Made by a program: the position numbers and the translations under genes. Below are positions 26,059-38,284 of a stretch of DNA of 64,000 nucleotides, piece by piece. This DNA comes from Eledone cirrhosa (Eukaryota), in NCBI GenBank assembly GCA_964016885.1, contig CAXHJY010001576.1, forward strand, positions 124,001 to 188,000. Direction: 5' to 3'. Numbering within the stretch: the stretch's first letter is position 1; each line of letters starts with the position of its first letter. The notes below the pieces were generated by a model that did not search any database, was not told where the DNA came from, and worked only from the letters and a program-made list of their open reading frames with translations.

Positions 26059-28209
26059 ATAGGAGAAGGGGTTTAATGGTGGTGGTGGTGGTGTCAGAGA
26101 TGCGGCTGCTGGAATCGAGCTGTTGTAGAGATAGGTGATGGGGTGCAGGGAAATGCCGGGGTTAGATAGAAAGGGGCTGGTATAGTTGGCAGCAGAAAAC
26201 TATCGATTTTCTAACTTTGACAATTCAATTCTTTGTAGAATCCCCGTTTCAGTAATATTCTGTACATTATATATTTTTACAGTTGGTTCCCAATGCTGAA
26301 CTTATTCAATAGTCACTCACTTTGTGGCTGGCTCCACAGCGTCAATAATCTAATAACTTAATTCCACTTTATGCCTAACTTTAAAGTGGGAATCAAATCT
26401 TTTTGAGGAATGGGATGGACCTCAGTCGGTTTCGATGGTGCGTTTGTAAAATGGGATTACCTAAATCAGAATATGTCTACAACATCAAAAACTTGTATAT
26501 TGCCCCTTTAAACCCTTTAAATAGTCTTTTTTCGTTTTGCTTTTTTTTTTATTGGCTTTATCATTGGAAGAAAAGCCATCACCCTTTTTCAGTGGCTCAG
26601 AGACTGGTTGCGAGAGAAAAAGAAAACCCCGGAGACCTGTGTCTAAATGTCTGCCACGATGTTGAGTTTGGTAACGGCGCTCAAGTATCAAATGATGGTG
26701 TTAAATCGGGTGACAGATTTAGTTTACCATTCAAAGGAAGAACGGGCTCTTCAACTGGCTCTTTTATGGGCTTCTAAGCAGTTTCTGCCTACCAAATTTA
26801 TCTACAGGTCTTTTGTTCCTTCGAACACGTCACATGCTAGAAAAAAATATGTAACTGCGTTTGGGTCTTTTAATCGACAGGGTGCTGTATATCACAGAGA
26901 AGAATAATTAGCATGGGATGGGGGTCTCTTGTTTTTGCCAGAATATTTGAAGATGAGTGAAATAGAATGTCTTGAGCCGAGATTCACATGAGTTTAAATA
27001 TTCTTTCTCTACAGTTCGCCACACAAGGAATTAATTTTAATTAATTGTTATACACGTGTGTTTGTCTCTCTCTGTGTGTGTTTACGCTTGTTGTGAGCCT
27101 GTGAATGTATGTGTGAGAGTGGGGATAAATGTTAGTGTGTGGGAAAGAATGTATTGGTGTTTGTGAAACATGTTTATTGTGATGTGACATATATATGAGT
27201 CTGCCTGTGTATGTGTATGCATGTGTGTATGTGAGAGAAAGAGCAGGAGGGAGGGAGCGTATGTGTGTGGGTTTTATGTGCGTGTGTGTATGTGTGTATG
27301 CATGTGTGTGTATGTGTGTGTATGTATGTGTGTGTGTGTATGTGTGCGTATAAGCATGTATGCGTGTCTGTTCATGTATAGTTCTTAACATACTGTCCAT
27401 CCAATTACCGCCATTATTATGTTACTAATTTACGATAATGTGAAATACGTTTACTGTGACATCCTATGAAATTAAAACTGAAGATAAATTACATCACATT
27501 ATCAGATATGTCAACAGTTTTATTAATTATTTAATAATTAAGATATGAAAGAATATCACAGGAAATGAGAAGTTTTATAATGAATAGCGCAGGAAATACT
27601 GTTGGTAGTAGTGCTTTTAATATTGTTCTTTAATCCAAGATCATCTGACATATTATCAAAGGCATTCAAAATATAACTCTCATTCAAACAGTACACCAGT
27701 CCGTCAACGTCCATCATATCATCTATTTTTTTGGCGCGAAATTTGTATCATGCTACGCAGAGGAGATGTTGCTAGGCCCTAACTTAACCCTCTAGTTTTT
27801 TTTTTTTTTACGGATAGGAAAACTTTGAGTAGACCCACACAGCCCCTCACAACACAGCTTAACTGATTCTGAGAGGGGGGAGAGTGGGGGAGATTTGCTC
27901 CTATGTAAATAAACTGATTCTCTATTTATTACCCACCAGACAGAGATGAATACGGAGGGATTTAAACTCAGACGGCTGAAGACGAGAATAAATACTGCAA
28001 GGAAACAAATGCTAATCAGTAATGTTTTTCGCTGCCTTGCTTATGAATCTATCATATTTGGCTTTTTAAAACAAACCTCTTCCCACTTTATGTCTGTTAT
28101 TTACCGATTATTGTCTGCTTTACCTGGCATTTTGGGACATAATATTTGTTTCGTAAGGAGATTTGTGATATGTGATTGCAATCTTTGTTGTTGTTCTTCT
28201 TCGCCCACG

Positions 28210-28340
28210 TATTCCTGAAAGTGTTGTTGGGGCTGAGTCCTCAAACACTCCTTCCAGCGGGTCCTGTCAGAAGCAACCGTCTCCAGCTGATCCGGCTGGA
28301 ACTCCAAGCGTGTCCAGCCATAGTTATCCAACTATCTTGC
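28210..28340 (-). mobile_element. RTE (Expander-like) LINE 3' fragment
   Basis: GWTRLEFQPDQLETVASDRTRWKECLRT, homologous to 43539-43800. Confidence 0.8.
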
Positions 28341-28574
28341 AATATTTATTGATTTAATAAATCAATTAATTATTCTGAAAATTATTATTGATGTTTGCAA
28401 ATACATTTCGTTAAATCGAAACGGGCGTAGAAATTAATAAAATGATTTGATGTTTGCCGAAATGAAATTATTAAGTTCTGTATTTTTCCATAAGAGATTA
28501 ACACTTTCATGCACTTGGTAAGGAACGAGTGTTATACCCACTCCTATTGATCTCCTATATATATATATATATAT

Positions 28575-29062
28575 CGGGGGTTACTTCCCTTTGAGAAAAC
28601 CTCGTGTCTATAGCGAAATGTATTGCTAGAACACACCCGCTGAGGCTATAGAACGCAAGACTTGTTGACGAAGTAAATCCCTTGTTCTGTCGTCAAAGGC
28701 CATTCATTAACTTGCAGACCCCTGCAAGCGGAATTAGTCGATCTCGGATTTACAGAAACCAAGCGTGGATGTTGTATGTTATATGTGATGTATATCGTAT
28801 GCTATACGATATGCGTTATGTGTTGCATTCGGTCTCCCGACGATGGTCCAGGTCAGTCAAAAATCTTTCCCTGAGTCCAGTCTTTTTCGTTGCTATGGCA
28901 ATGCGGCTGGACTGCCGATCGCTATATTTGATTTGCAAAGCTGTCTAAACGTATTGTTATAACTCTGGGACATTATTCTCCATCGAGTGCTAAAGCTACA
29001 TTCCGAATCTGCATTCGTTAGCTTAGCCGCAGCCTAAAGCTTCGTTAATGCGGTACTAACAT
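28575..29062. mobile_element. Unclassified CpG-rich segment bounded by (TA)n, probable insertion
   Basis: Composition changes sharply between two TA tracts. No ORF or second copy recognised. Confidence 0.4.
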
Positions 29063-29063
29063 T

Positions 29064-29121
<58 letters not shown>

Positions 29122-29621
29122 CATAAACACACACACATACACACGCACACGTATATATATATTCTAGTATGTTGTCAGTCTATGAAAAAGAAACATTACA
29201 ATGATGTGCACATATTTTTATCGTCAGGTGTTTGCCTCCCGTGAGAGAATAGTACAATCTTACCTAAAGAACTTGATGATAATACACTCGTCAGATGGTT
29301 ATGGTAGTGGTGTAAAGTAGAAGAATTGATGGTGAGCCATTGTCCACTTACCTAGAGAGGAAAACAAAGAAATAGTTAGATTGATGTAGTTAACCAATGT
29401 GTAAATATAGGTAACAATCCTATGCACTGTATATGTGTTTGAATGTAAGGATAACTGCACTAGATGTACTTAACGGCAATTGTCTTGAAAGGCAAAGAGA
29501 TATAAACAACAGATCTATGTATGTATGTATGTATGTATGTATGTATGTATGTATGTATGTATGTATGTATGTATGTATGTATGTATGTATGTATGTATGT
29601 ATCTATTTATCTATCTCTCTA

Positions 29622-29785
29622 TAGGAAAAATGTTTAACCCCGACGGCAGAGTTCAAGCCGTCGAAACGGCTTGAGCTCTGCCGTCGGGATTTAAACATTT
29701 TCTTATTACCTACTCTACTACCCTAAGCATTGAGTACTCTGGTGCGTTATGGTCCATCTGGTTCCTTACCACACCTCCTTCGTTA
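29622..29785. mobile_element. (TA)-associated repeat family A with fold-back
   Basis: aaatgtttaaccccgacggcagagttcaagccgt...acggcttgagctctgccgtcgggatttaaacattt hairpin plus the same tail as 2981-3062. Confidence 0.85.
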
Positions 29786-29827
29786 TCTATCTCTCTGTAT
29801 ATATGCTACTGAACTTATATATATATA

Positions 29828-29960
<133 letters not shown>

Positions 29961-29981
29961 TTCAGTAGCATATGTATATAG

Positions 29982-30034
<53 letters not shown>

Positions 30035-30190
30035 TAAACAGTGATCGACGATGAGTGGATAATAGCTGGAGAAAGAAATGGCTAATTCGTTAAATTGATA
30101 TATAAATAAGATAAATAGATAAATAGACAAAAGATTAATACGTGTTGGATATATACATATATACATACACACACACTCACACACATACAT

Positions 30191-30253
<63 letters not shown>

Positions 30254-31131
30254 CACACATACATATACACACAGGAAATTATACATAATGAGTGAGAAGA
30301 GGGTGAGATAAATAAAGGTAAGAGAAGGAAAGCGTGTATGTGCATTAGAGATGAGATGGGATACGCACTCACAGGTAGATTGATAAACATATATAAATAA
30401 GGTTTTTGGGTCTACCAGCTACTAAACTGATATGAATGCCTTATCCGATGAAAACCATTACATTTATGTATGATACATCTCATTCGTAATCTACAATTTC
30501 TGTACCTAGGTTATAAATTCTCGTTTGCACCTGTAATCATTGCTGCATATGTTTACATTGATAAGGGTTTCAACAATAACAATAATATATTACAGAGGAA
30601 GAATATATTTTTTAAGGCGTACCCTGAACATATCATCTAGAGGCAGAACTGTAAAAATACACAAGACTTCTATAAAGTTTGGCATGTAACGTTATATAGT
30701 TGTTGGATTCTAAATTCCAATGATTGAGGCATTGTTTTATAGTTAGAAACCAGCTTTTTGTTTATATGATAACTTCAAAGGATTATCAAAGAAATCACAT
30801 TATCATACACACACAATTGCAATCATGCATACATACATACATAATTACATACATACATACAAAATTACACTCATACGTACATGCATACATACATACATAA
30901 TTACATACATACATACAAAATTACACTCATACGTACATGCATACATACATACATACATGCATACATACATACATACATGAATACCCGTTGCTATCTCCAG
31001 CTCCTGTTGGCCCTTCTACCTTTTCAGGGCTTTATATATCAATATATCATAAGGTAGATTTCTCTAAACAGTCTGGTACGTAGACGCTGTAACTTGTTGA
31101 AATGATTAAAGAAACACAACAGAAGTCAATG

Positions 31132-31172
<41 letters not shown>

Positions 31173-31176
<4 letters not shown>

Positions 31177-31806
31177 TCGTTTGGAAGCCTCGACAATGCA
31201 AATGGGTAAATCTCCGGGTAACAAGATCCGGTGGTGGATAGAGAGAGATGTAAGTGGGTGAACGTTGAGATGCGTGGCGTGTATAAGACGTGTAGAGGAA
31301 TAAAGGAAAGAGCATAAAGGATAAAAATAAAAATAACAACACGAGAGAGAGTTCCCTTGGGAGAGATTTAATTGTCCCTATATATTTCGGATTCACATCC
31401 ATCAACTGGGGTTTTTTTCCGGTTGTCTGTCGGAAAGGTGCGAAACGCGTCCTCCGCTGTTCGTTGGTTTTAAATTTTGAAATTCAAATTTTGAATTTCA
31501 AAACAACGAACAGCGGAGGACGCGTTTCGCACCTTTCCGACAGACAACCTTTCCCCCACCCCGGAAAAACCCCCAGTTGATGGATGTGATCCGAAATATA
31601 TAGGGACAATTAAATCTCTCCCAAGGTAACTCTCTCTCATGTTGTTATTTTTATTTTTATCCTTTACGCTCTTTCCTTCATTCCTCTACACGTCTTATAC
31701 AAGCCACGCATCTCAACGTACGCCCACTTACATCTCTCTCTCCACCACCGGATCTTGTTACCCGGAGATTTACCCATTTGCATTGTTGAGGCTTCCAAAC
31801 GACTTA
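31173..31806. mobile_element. Long fold-back element (~315-bp arms, ~1-nt spacer), Penelope-like terminus candidate
   Basis: aagtcgtttggaagcctc at 31174 mirrors gaggcttccaaacgactt ending ~31805. Centre is ttttgaaattcaaa-t-tttgaatttcaaaa. Left end abuts (TA)n. Confidence 0.85.
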
Positions 31807-31853
31807 AAGAAATTTACCTTATCATTCCACAATGCTTCAAGCAAACTTCAATA

Positions 31854-31884
<31 letters not shown>

Positions 31885-31891
<7 letters not shown>

Positions 31892-32278
31892 ATCAAAAGA
31901 TGGTTAAAAGAGTTCCAAGTATTTTATTATGCGCATTTCAAAAACAAATCTCATCATGATATAGTGAAGTTTTAAATCAATATATGAAAAATAATTTGAG
32001 ATTGATGTATGATATTGGGAAAAAGTGAGGGTGGGGGGGTGGGGGGGGGGGGGAAAGGGTAAGAAAGAGGAGTTTTCCCAATATCATACATCAATCTTAA
32101 ATTATTTTTCATATGTTGATTTAAAACTTCACTATTCACAATTGTTTTTTAACCTTCATATCATGTATCCCTATTTTATCTGATGAAAACGCAGATATCA
32201 TCTCATGATGATATTTGTTTTTGAAATGCGCATAATAAAATACTTGGAACTCTTTTAACCATCTTTTGATCTTATATA
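31885..32278. mobile_element. Fold-back element bounded by TA; right arm carries a hammerhead
   Basis: 31885-32023 is the reverse complement of 32073-32278 apart from ~65 extra nt in the right arm. G-rich spacer. Confidence 0.88.
32172..32242 (+). ncRNA. Type I hammerhead ribozyme (minimal, palindromic stem III)
   Basis: Stem I tattttat/ataaaata, core CTGATGA at 32180-6, 16-bp stem II aaacgcagatatcatc/gatgatatttgttttt, GAAA at 32223-6, stem III atgcgcat, cleavage triplet AUA ending at 32234. Confidence 0.8.
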
Positions 32279-32494
32279 TTATGTATACTCCAGTCCTACA
32301 AACTGTAGAGTGGTTCTTATCCGATATTTGCATTGCTTTATTGTACTACAATAAAACTCACCTCCTACATTATATATATATATATATATAAGTAGAAGGG
32401 ATATTTAATTTGTTGGAAATTCAACAATATTCAAAAATATAAATGTTTATAACTGATTCAGAGCACTCGACAGCTTTCTGGAGTAAATATTCAA

Positions 32495-32547
<53 letters not shown>

Positions 32548-32700
32548 TATATATATATACATCAAACATACATACACGTATTTTGTGTGTGTGTACATAT
32601 GTGATGTATATATACGAATATATGTGAGTATATATCTATATCTTCATACATACACACGCACACACACTCACTCACACTCACACGCACAGACACACACACA

Positions 32701-32774
<74 letters not shown>

Positions 32775-32957
32775 AATCTAATTGTGAAGCTTTTCCAGTG
32801 ATTCAATAGCTAGAAGCTTCGTACCCAAATACACTTATGGATTTGGTAATGCTAGCGACTACGCTCTTTTCCATTCAGAGGGTTTTTTTTAAAACCCCAA
32901 CTAACAGACTAATTCTATTTAGTCAAATACGGCGTAGCACATGTTACTACCTAATTA

Positions 32958-33078
<121 letters not shown>

Positions 33079-33844
33079 TGTGTGTGAATGTCTGTGTGTA
33101 TGTATGTAACGCTCTTGACACAATTATATGCGGTCATTTTGGCAGTTCAGGGTGAATGAAAAAAATGATGAAAGACTGTGGATTAAATTGATTAAACAAT
33201 CTCATGTTTGGATGATGAGTTTATGTTAAGCCCCTGAATATTCACAGACATGATCAAGTTAGCGGCTATACCCTGTAGGTAACATGCCCTGACGTCGATG
33301 CTAGAATGGACGGGAACTAGTACAAACAAGTACACAACCGGGATCATGACAACTACCAGGCCACAATCATCTATATCATGTCTATCTAAACCAGAGGTTG
33401 TCAAAGTGCCCCCCCCCCTTCCCCTAGGGTTCGTTGAGAAGGTCCCATGGTCCGTTGGGGAGATGATATAATAGTATATTAAATATTGAATGATACATAT
33501 TATACATAAATATAGTAAAATGAAAAATATATATTTATTTATACATAGTAATTATTGAGTACATGTGTGAGTGTGCGCATATGTGAGCAAAAGATCACAC
33601 GTTTATATGTGTGTGTTGATATTTCCATGTAGACGCACATACACTTATGTGAGAATATATACGTTTACGTACTATTACGTATAAGCGTGTGTTTGAGTGT
33701 GTGTAAGTTTATGTTCTGGATATTTATTTATATATATTTTTTCCCCTCAATTTTTGCCCGTTATTTGATTTCAGCTTCACTTTCATATTTCCTAAATTTT
33801 GTTTTCAAATCCATATTTAATAAACATTCTTTCTGTTATATGTT

Positions 33845-33908
33845 ATTCTTTCTGACGACTGAAGACAGATATAAATATCTGTCTTCAAGAAACCACTGGT
33901 AAATGAAT
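33845..33908 (+). ncRNA. Type I hammerhead ribozyme
   Basis: Stem I attcttt/aatgaat with 1 mismatch, CTGACGA at 33852-8, perfect inverted repeat tgaagacagatat/atatctgtcttca, GAAA-ccactg-GTA, then (TA)n ~30 nt later. Confidence 0.72.
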
Positions 33909-34049
33909 TAATTATCTTTTGTTGTTTATTACATAACTATATATATATATAATTATATATTCGTGTACAGATATTTTGGCATACACAATAACAAAATATA
34001 AACAAACGTATTTATTCAACGAGGCTCGATAAGGATACATATATATTAA

Positions 34050-34101
34050 ATATATAAGAACCCTAGAGCAAATCCCGAGCAACGCCGGGCCATTCTGCTA
34101 G
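34050..34101 (+). mobile_element. Helitron-like 3' terminus
   Basis: GC hairpin cccgagcaacgccggg (34074-89) about 8 nt before CTAG|T. The 5' boundary is uncertain. Confidence 0.7.
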
Positions 34102-34646
34102 TTATAGATAAATTAACGATTTTATTTATTATATATTATTTACAATTTGCATGTAGACAGGTCGCTCTTGAAATAGGCTTGGGGGCGCTGAAGGTATTAC
34201 GTGGTCAAAATCAAAATAATTAGTATGAGGAACATAATGGTAAAATCCCTTGTTAATTATAATTAGGGCTGTACCTATGATACATAAAACTATGAAAAAA
34301 TAAAAAAAAAACATACAGGCTGTAGCAGGGTTCACAACGCTACGCAGCAAAACAAAATCTAATATGCACAGAGAAAAACATTATCAAGCTAATAGCTCAA
34401 AATAAACAGTAAAATCTTCATACACCACGCATGCCACATCTAATAAGCACCTAATAAAATAACACAACCTGTGCAATATACACTCTACAAGATCAACACA
34501 ATAAAATAACACAAGTCACATACTATACTCAGCAGAAGAAATATTAAATATCACAGTCAGCAGGCTAGAGCCCCAAACAAAGTAAAACTCAAATAGCACA
34601 CTAACACACATGGCTATACCCGAGCACACACTTCCATTGACAACCA

Positions 34647-34694
<48 letters not shown>

Positions 34695-34704
34695 CACCAC
34701 CACC

Positions 34705-34735
<31 letters not shown>

Positions 34736-34747
34736 ATAATAATAATG

Positions 34748-35432
34748 ATTTCATTTATTGGCCACAAGGGCCGACATATAGGGGACAATACAAAAGACTG
34801 GGACAGGAGGGTTTTACAGAAAAATCGAGTAAACAATATGAATAACAATAACAAACTAACAATAACAAAGTAACAATAAAGTAACAATAAAATTACAAGA
34901 AAAAATTCCCCAATAGGCGTGATGGCCACCTAGGGTCGCTCAGGTACCCCACCAGTCCTGAACGACCCGACGCTTCGAGAGCACCCTGGAAGGGCACCCC
35001 TCTCCCCTTCAAATTTACCTACCTACAGCCGCATGGACAGAGTAAGCCCACTCACACGGGCCATTCTCGCCACATTCACCCACCTTTCAGCAAATGTACT
35101 GAGAGGCAGCACTTCTCTCTCCACCCTCAGCTTCCTTTCCAAGTGAAACTTGAAAAAGTTGATGAGGGATTGGCCGAAGAGAAAAGTGTCTGTCTTCAGT
35201 CCTTTCAACCTCGTCCACCATACAACCTCTTTCGCTACTGCCACCAGAAGGCGGCGTGTCGATCTTCACTATGGACTCGGCTGATAGCCGGATCCGTTCT
35301 ACACGCGACAACAGCTGTTCGACACAACTCCACAAGTCAGTAACGCACGGACACTGGACGAGTGCGTGCAGAACGGTTTCGTCGCTCTGCGCGCATCTCG
35401 GGCTGGTCCGTCTGACAGCACTTCCGTCTCCT
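34748..35432 (-). mobile_element. 5'-truncated Tx1-clade LINE, second subfamily, in (TAC)n(TAA)n
   Basis: SPRCAQSDETVLHALVQCP...IRLSAESIVKID...VVWWTRLKGLKTDTFL...ERWVNVARMARV, homologous to the 23.5-kb copy. ctactactaataataataat lies on both flanks. Confidence 0.88.
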
Positions 35433-35456
35433 GTACTACTACTAATAATAATAATA

Positions 35457-35862
35457 ATTGTTTCTACTTTTGGCACAAGGCCAGCAATTAACTCAGTGCA
35501 TTACTGGTACTTTATTTTATCGACCCCGTAAGGATGAAAGGCAAAGTTAGCCTCGGCGGGATTTGAACTCAGACCATAAAGGGCCGTAACTCTTTGCTGA
35601 AAAGCATAGCGTCCTACCCTCTACCGATACTGCCAAAATAATAATAATAATAATAATGGTTTCTTATATAGGCACAAGGACAGCAATTTTGGGGGTAGGG
35701 AAAGTCGATTAAATCGACCACAGTGTGTGACTGGTACTTTATTTTATCGACCCCGTAAGGATGAAAGGCAAAGCTAATCTTGACGAGATTTAAACTCAGG
35801 ACGTAAAGCATGGTGCAAAGCAGGGTGTCCGACGCTCTACCGATACTGCCAATCTCCCGCCC
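35457..35862 (-). mobile_element. Two tandem SINE family 1 copies (short and long variants)
   Basis: Consensus matches separated by (TAA)n. Confidence 0.92.
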
Positions 35863-36132
35863 TCTTATAGTAATAAACCGATTACACAAAACATACAGAA
35901 GATATTCACCACCCAACAAAATAACACCATTACCCATACATAAGAGAACACTAAAATAACACGAGAAACAGCAAGCTAAACCTCTTAACACAACAAATCA
36001 AGACTGGTGCAGTACATTGACAAACGTCTAGCCCCTCGCCCCAAATAAGCACTTACAATATCATACACACCCCAGGAAGTGCATGTAGCAATGAAGAAAT
36101 AGAAGCTTGTTTACAACTGTCAACTCTCAAAA

Positions 36133-36328
36133 TAATTGTTTCTACTTTAGGCACAAGGGCAGCAATTTGAAGGGTAGTGTACTAATGGTGCTTTATTTTA
36201 CCGACCCCATATGGATGAAAGGCAAAGGTAACCTCGGTGGGATTTGAACTCAGAATGTAAAGGGCCGTAACTATATGCCGCAAAGTATAATGTCCAACGC
36301 TCTAACGATACTGCCAATCCACTGCCCT
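36133..36328 (-). mobile_element. SINE family 1
   Basis: Consensus match. Confidence 0.9.
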
Positions 36329-36583
36329 TTGAAAAGGATTTGGAACTGTCATGAGATCAAAGTCCTCCTTATAGGTACTATTTCGAAGAACCCCTGTCCC
36401 CTTTTCTGGAACAGCCCAGAAGACATGGAATCAAGAAGGACCCTCCGTTAGGGCTGATAAGCACAGTTAACTTTACATATGTAATTATACACCCGTAGAT
36501 TATGTTAGAAAAACCAGGCAACTGTGACTACAGTACAAATATATACGTATATATATATATATATATATATATGTGTACACACA

Positions 36584-36705
36584 CAGCCGTCGGGGTTTCG
36601 ATTCTAGCTGTCGAAACGGCCGGAGCTTAGCCGTCGGGGTCCTAACTCTTTTCCTATATATATATATATATATATAACCCGTCGAGGTTAAACATTTTCC
36701 TATAT
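36584..36705. mobile_element. Fragments of repeat family A among (TA)n
   Basis: gctgtcgaaacggccggagcttagccgtcggggtcc and aaacattttccta. Confidence 0.75.
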
Positions 36706-36764
36706 ATATAAATATATATATAACTTTCTTTATTAGCTACACAGGGCTTACATTAAGAAGACAA

Positions 36765-37305
36765 TAATTGTTTCTACTATTGGCACAAGGCCAGCAATTA
36801 CCCAGTAGATTACTGGTACTTTATTTTATCGACCCCGTAAGGATGAAAGGCAAAGCTAACCTCGACAGGATTTGAACTCAGACCGTAAAGGGCCGTAACT
36901 CTATGCTAGTAAGCATGGTGTCCGACGCTCTACCGATTCGGTCAATCCACCGCCCTAGTAATAATAATAATAAAAATTTCTACTAAAGGCACAAGGCCAG
37001 CACATTTGGAGGAGGGGAAAAATCGATTAAATTGACCCCAGTGCATTACTGGTGCTTTATTTTATCGACCCCGTCAGGATGAAAGACAAAGCTAAACTCG
37101 GTGGGATTTGAACTCAGAACGTAAAAGCCATAACTCTATGTTGCAAAACATGTTGTCTGACGCTCTACCGATACAACCAATCCACCGTAGTAGCAATAAC
37201 AGCCCCCTTAATAATATTGTTTCAACTTTTGGCATAAGGTCGGCAACAACCCCAAGTGTATTACTGATACTTTATTTTATCGACCCCGTAAGGCAAAGTT
37301 AACCT
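36765..37305 (-). mobile_element. Cluster of three SINE family 1 copies (third partial)
   Basis: Consensus matches at ~36765-36955, 36975-37188 and 37215-37305. Confidence 0.9.
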
Positions 37306-37336
37306 TAATATTAATATTGTTGACGATGAGAGGTAG

Positions 37337-37522
37337 GGCGGTGGATTGGCAGTATCGGTAGAGGGTCGGACGCCATGCTTTCCAGCATAGTTATGTCCCT
37401 TTACGATCTGAGTTCAAATCCCGCCGAGGTTGACTTTGCCTTTCATCCTTACGGGGTCGATAAAATAAAGTACCAGTAATGCACTGGGTAATTGCTGGCC
37501 TTGTGCCAAATGTAGAAACAAT
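37337..37522 (+). mobile_element. SINE family 1 with ~22-bp target-site duplication
   Basis: attaatattgttga(c/t)gatgaga at 37310 and 37521. Confidence 0.92.
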
Positions 37523-37912
37523 TAATATTGTTGATGATGAGAAGAGTGATTTATTTATATAGCAACTTCGCAATCAAAATGATTAATGGCGGAGAAAAAC
37601 ATTGTTATCTTGACTATTTATTAGAGGTGGCCTTTTACAGAACATTGTTGGCACCTGGCAGTGTTTGCCCTTCCTGTCAGTGCTATAACCTACGGTTTAC
37701 TCAAGCTAGAATACACCTGCAGTTTTACATACCATTCATACAGTCCTGTAGTGTAAGAATGGTTCACATAGCTTATTACAAATAACTATTTTGGAAGTCT
37801 ACACTCAAATATTCACACTACAATATATGTACACGCATGCTCACAGTCACTCGTTCACTCTCTCATGAACGTACATCCATACATACACACATACACGCAC
37901 ACAGATAACCAC

Positions 37913-37971
<59 letters not shown>

Positions 37972-38128
37972 TGCTGGTTATGAGATATATATATATAGTT
38001 ATGAGATATATATTGCTGGTTATGAGACTGCCTTTCCGAAAAAGATGTAGAATATGTGCAGGCTTAAAAAATATTCCTTTTTCAGTAATTTTTAGAAATT
38101 TTATCTTCTATGTCTTCATACACACACA

Positions 38129-38159
<31 letters not shown>

Positions 38160-38160
38160 T

Positions 38161-38228
<68 letters not shown>

Positions 38229-38236
38229 ACGTGTGT

Positions 38237-38284
<48 letters not shown>

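Noticed and set aside
33269-33290. taccctgtag, matching the start of miR-10
   Set aside because: The match ends after 10 nt and there is no precursor hairpin.
33192-33300. Minus-strand IMSVNIQGL resembling the start of an APE endonuclease
   Set aside because: A single short motif followed by a stop is not enough to call.
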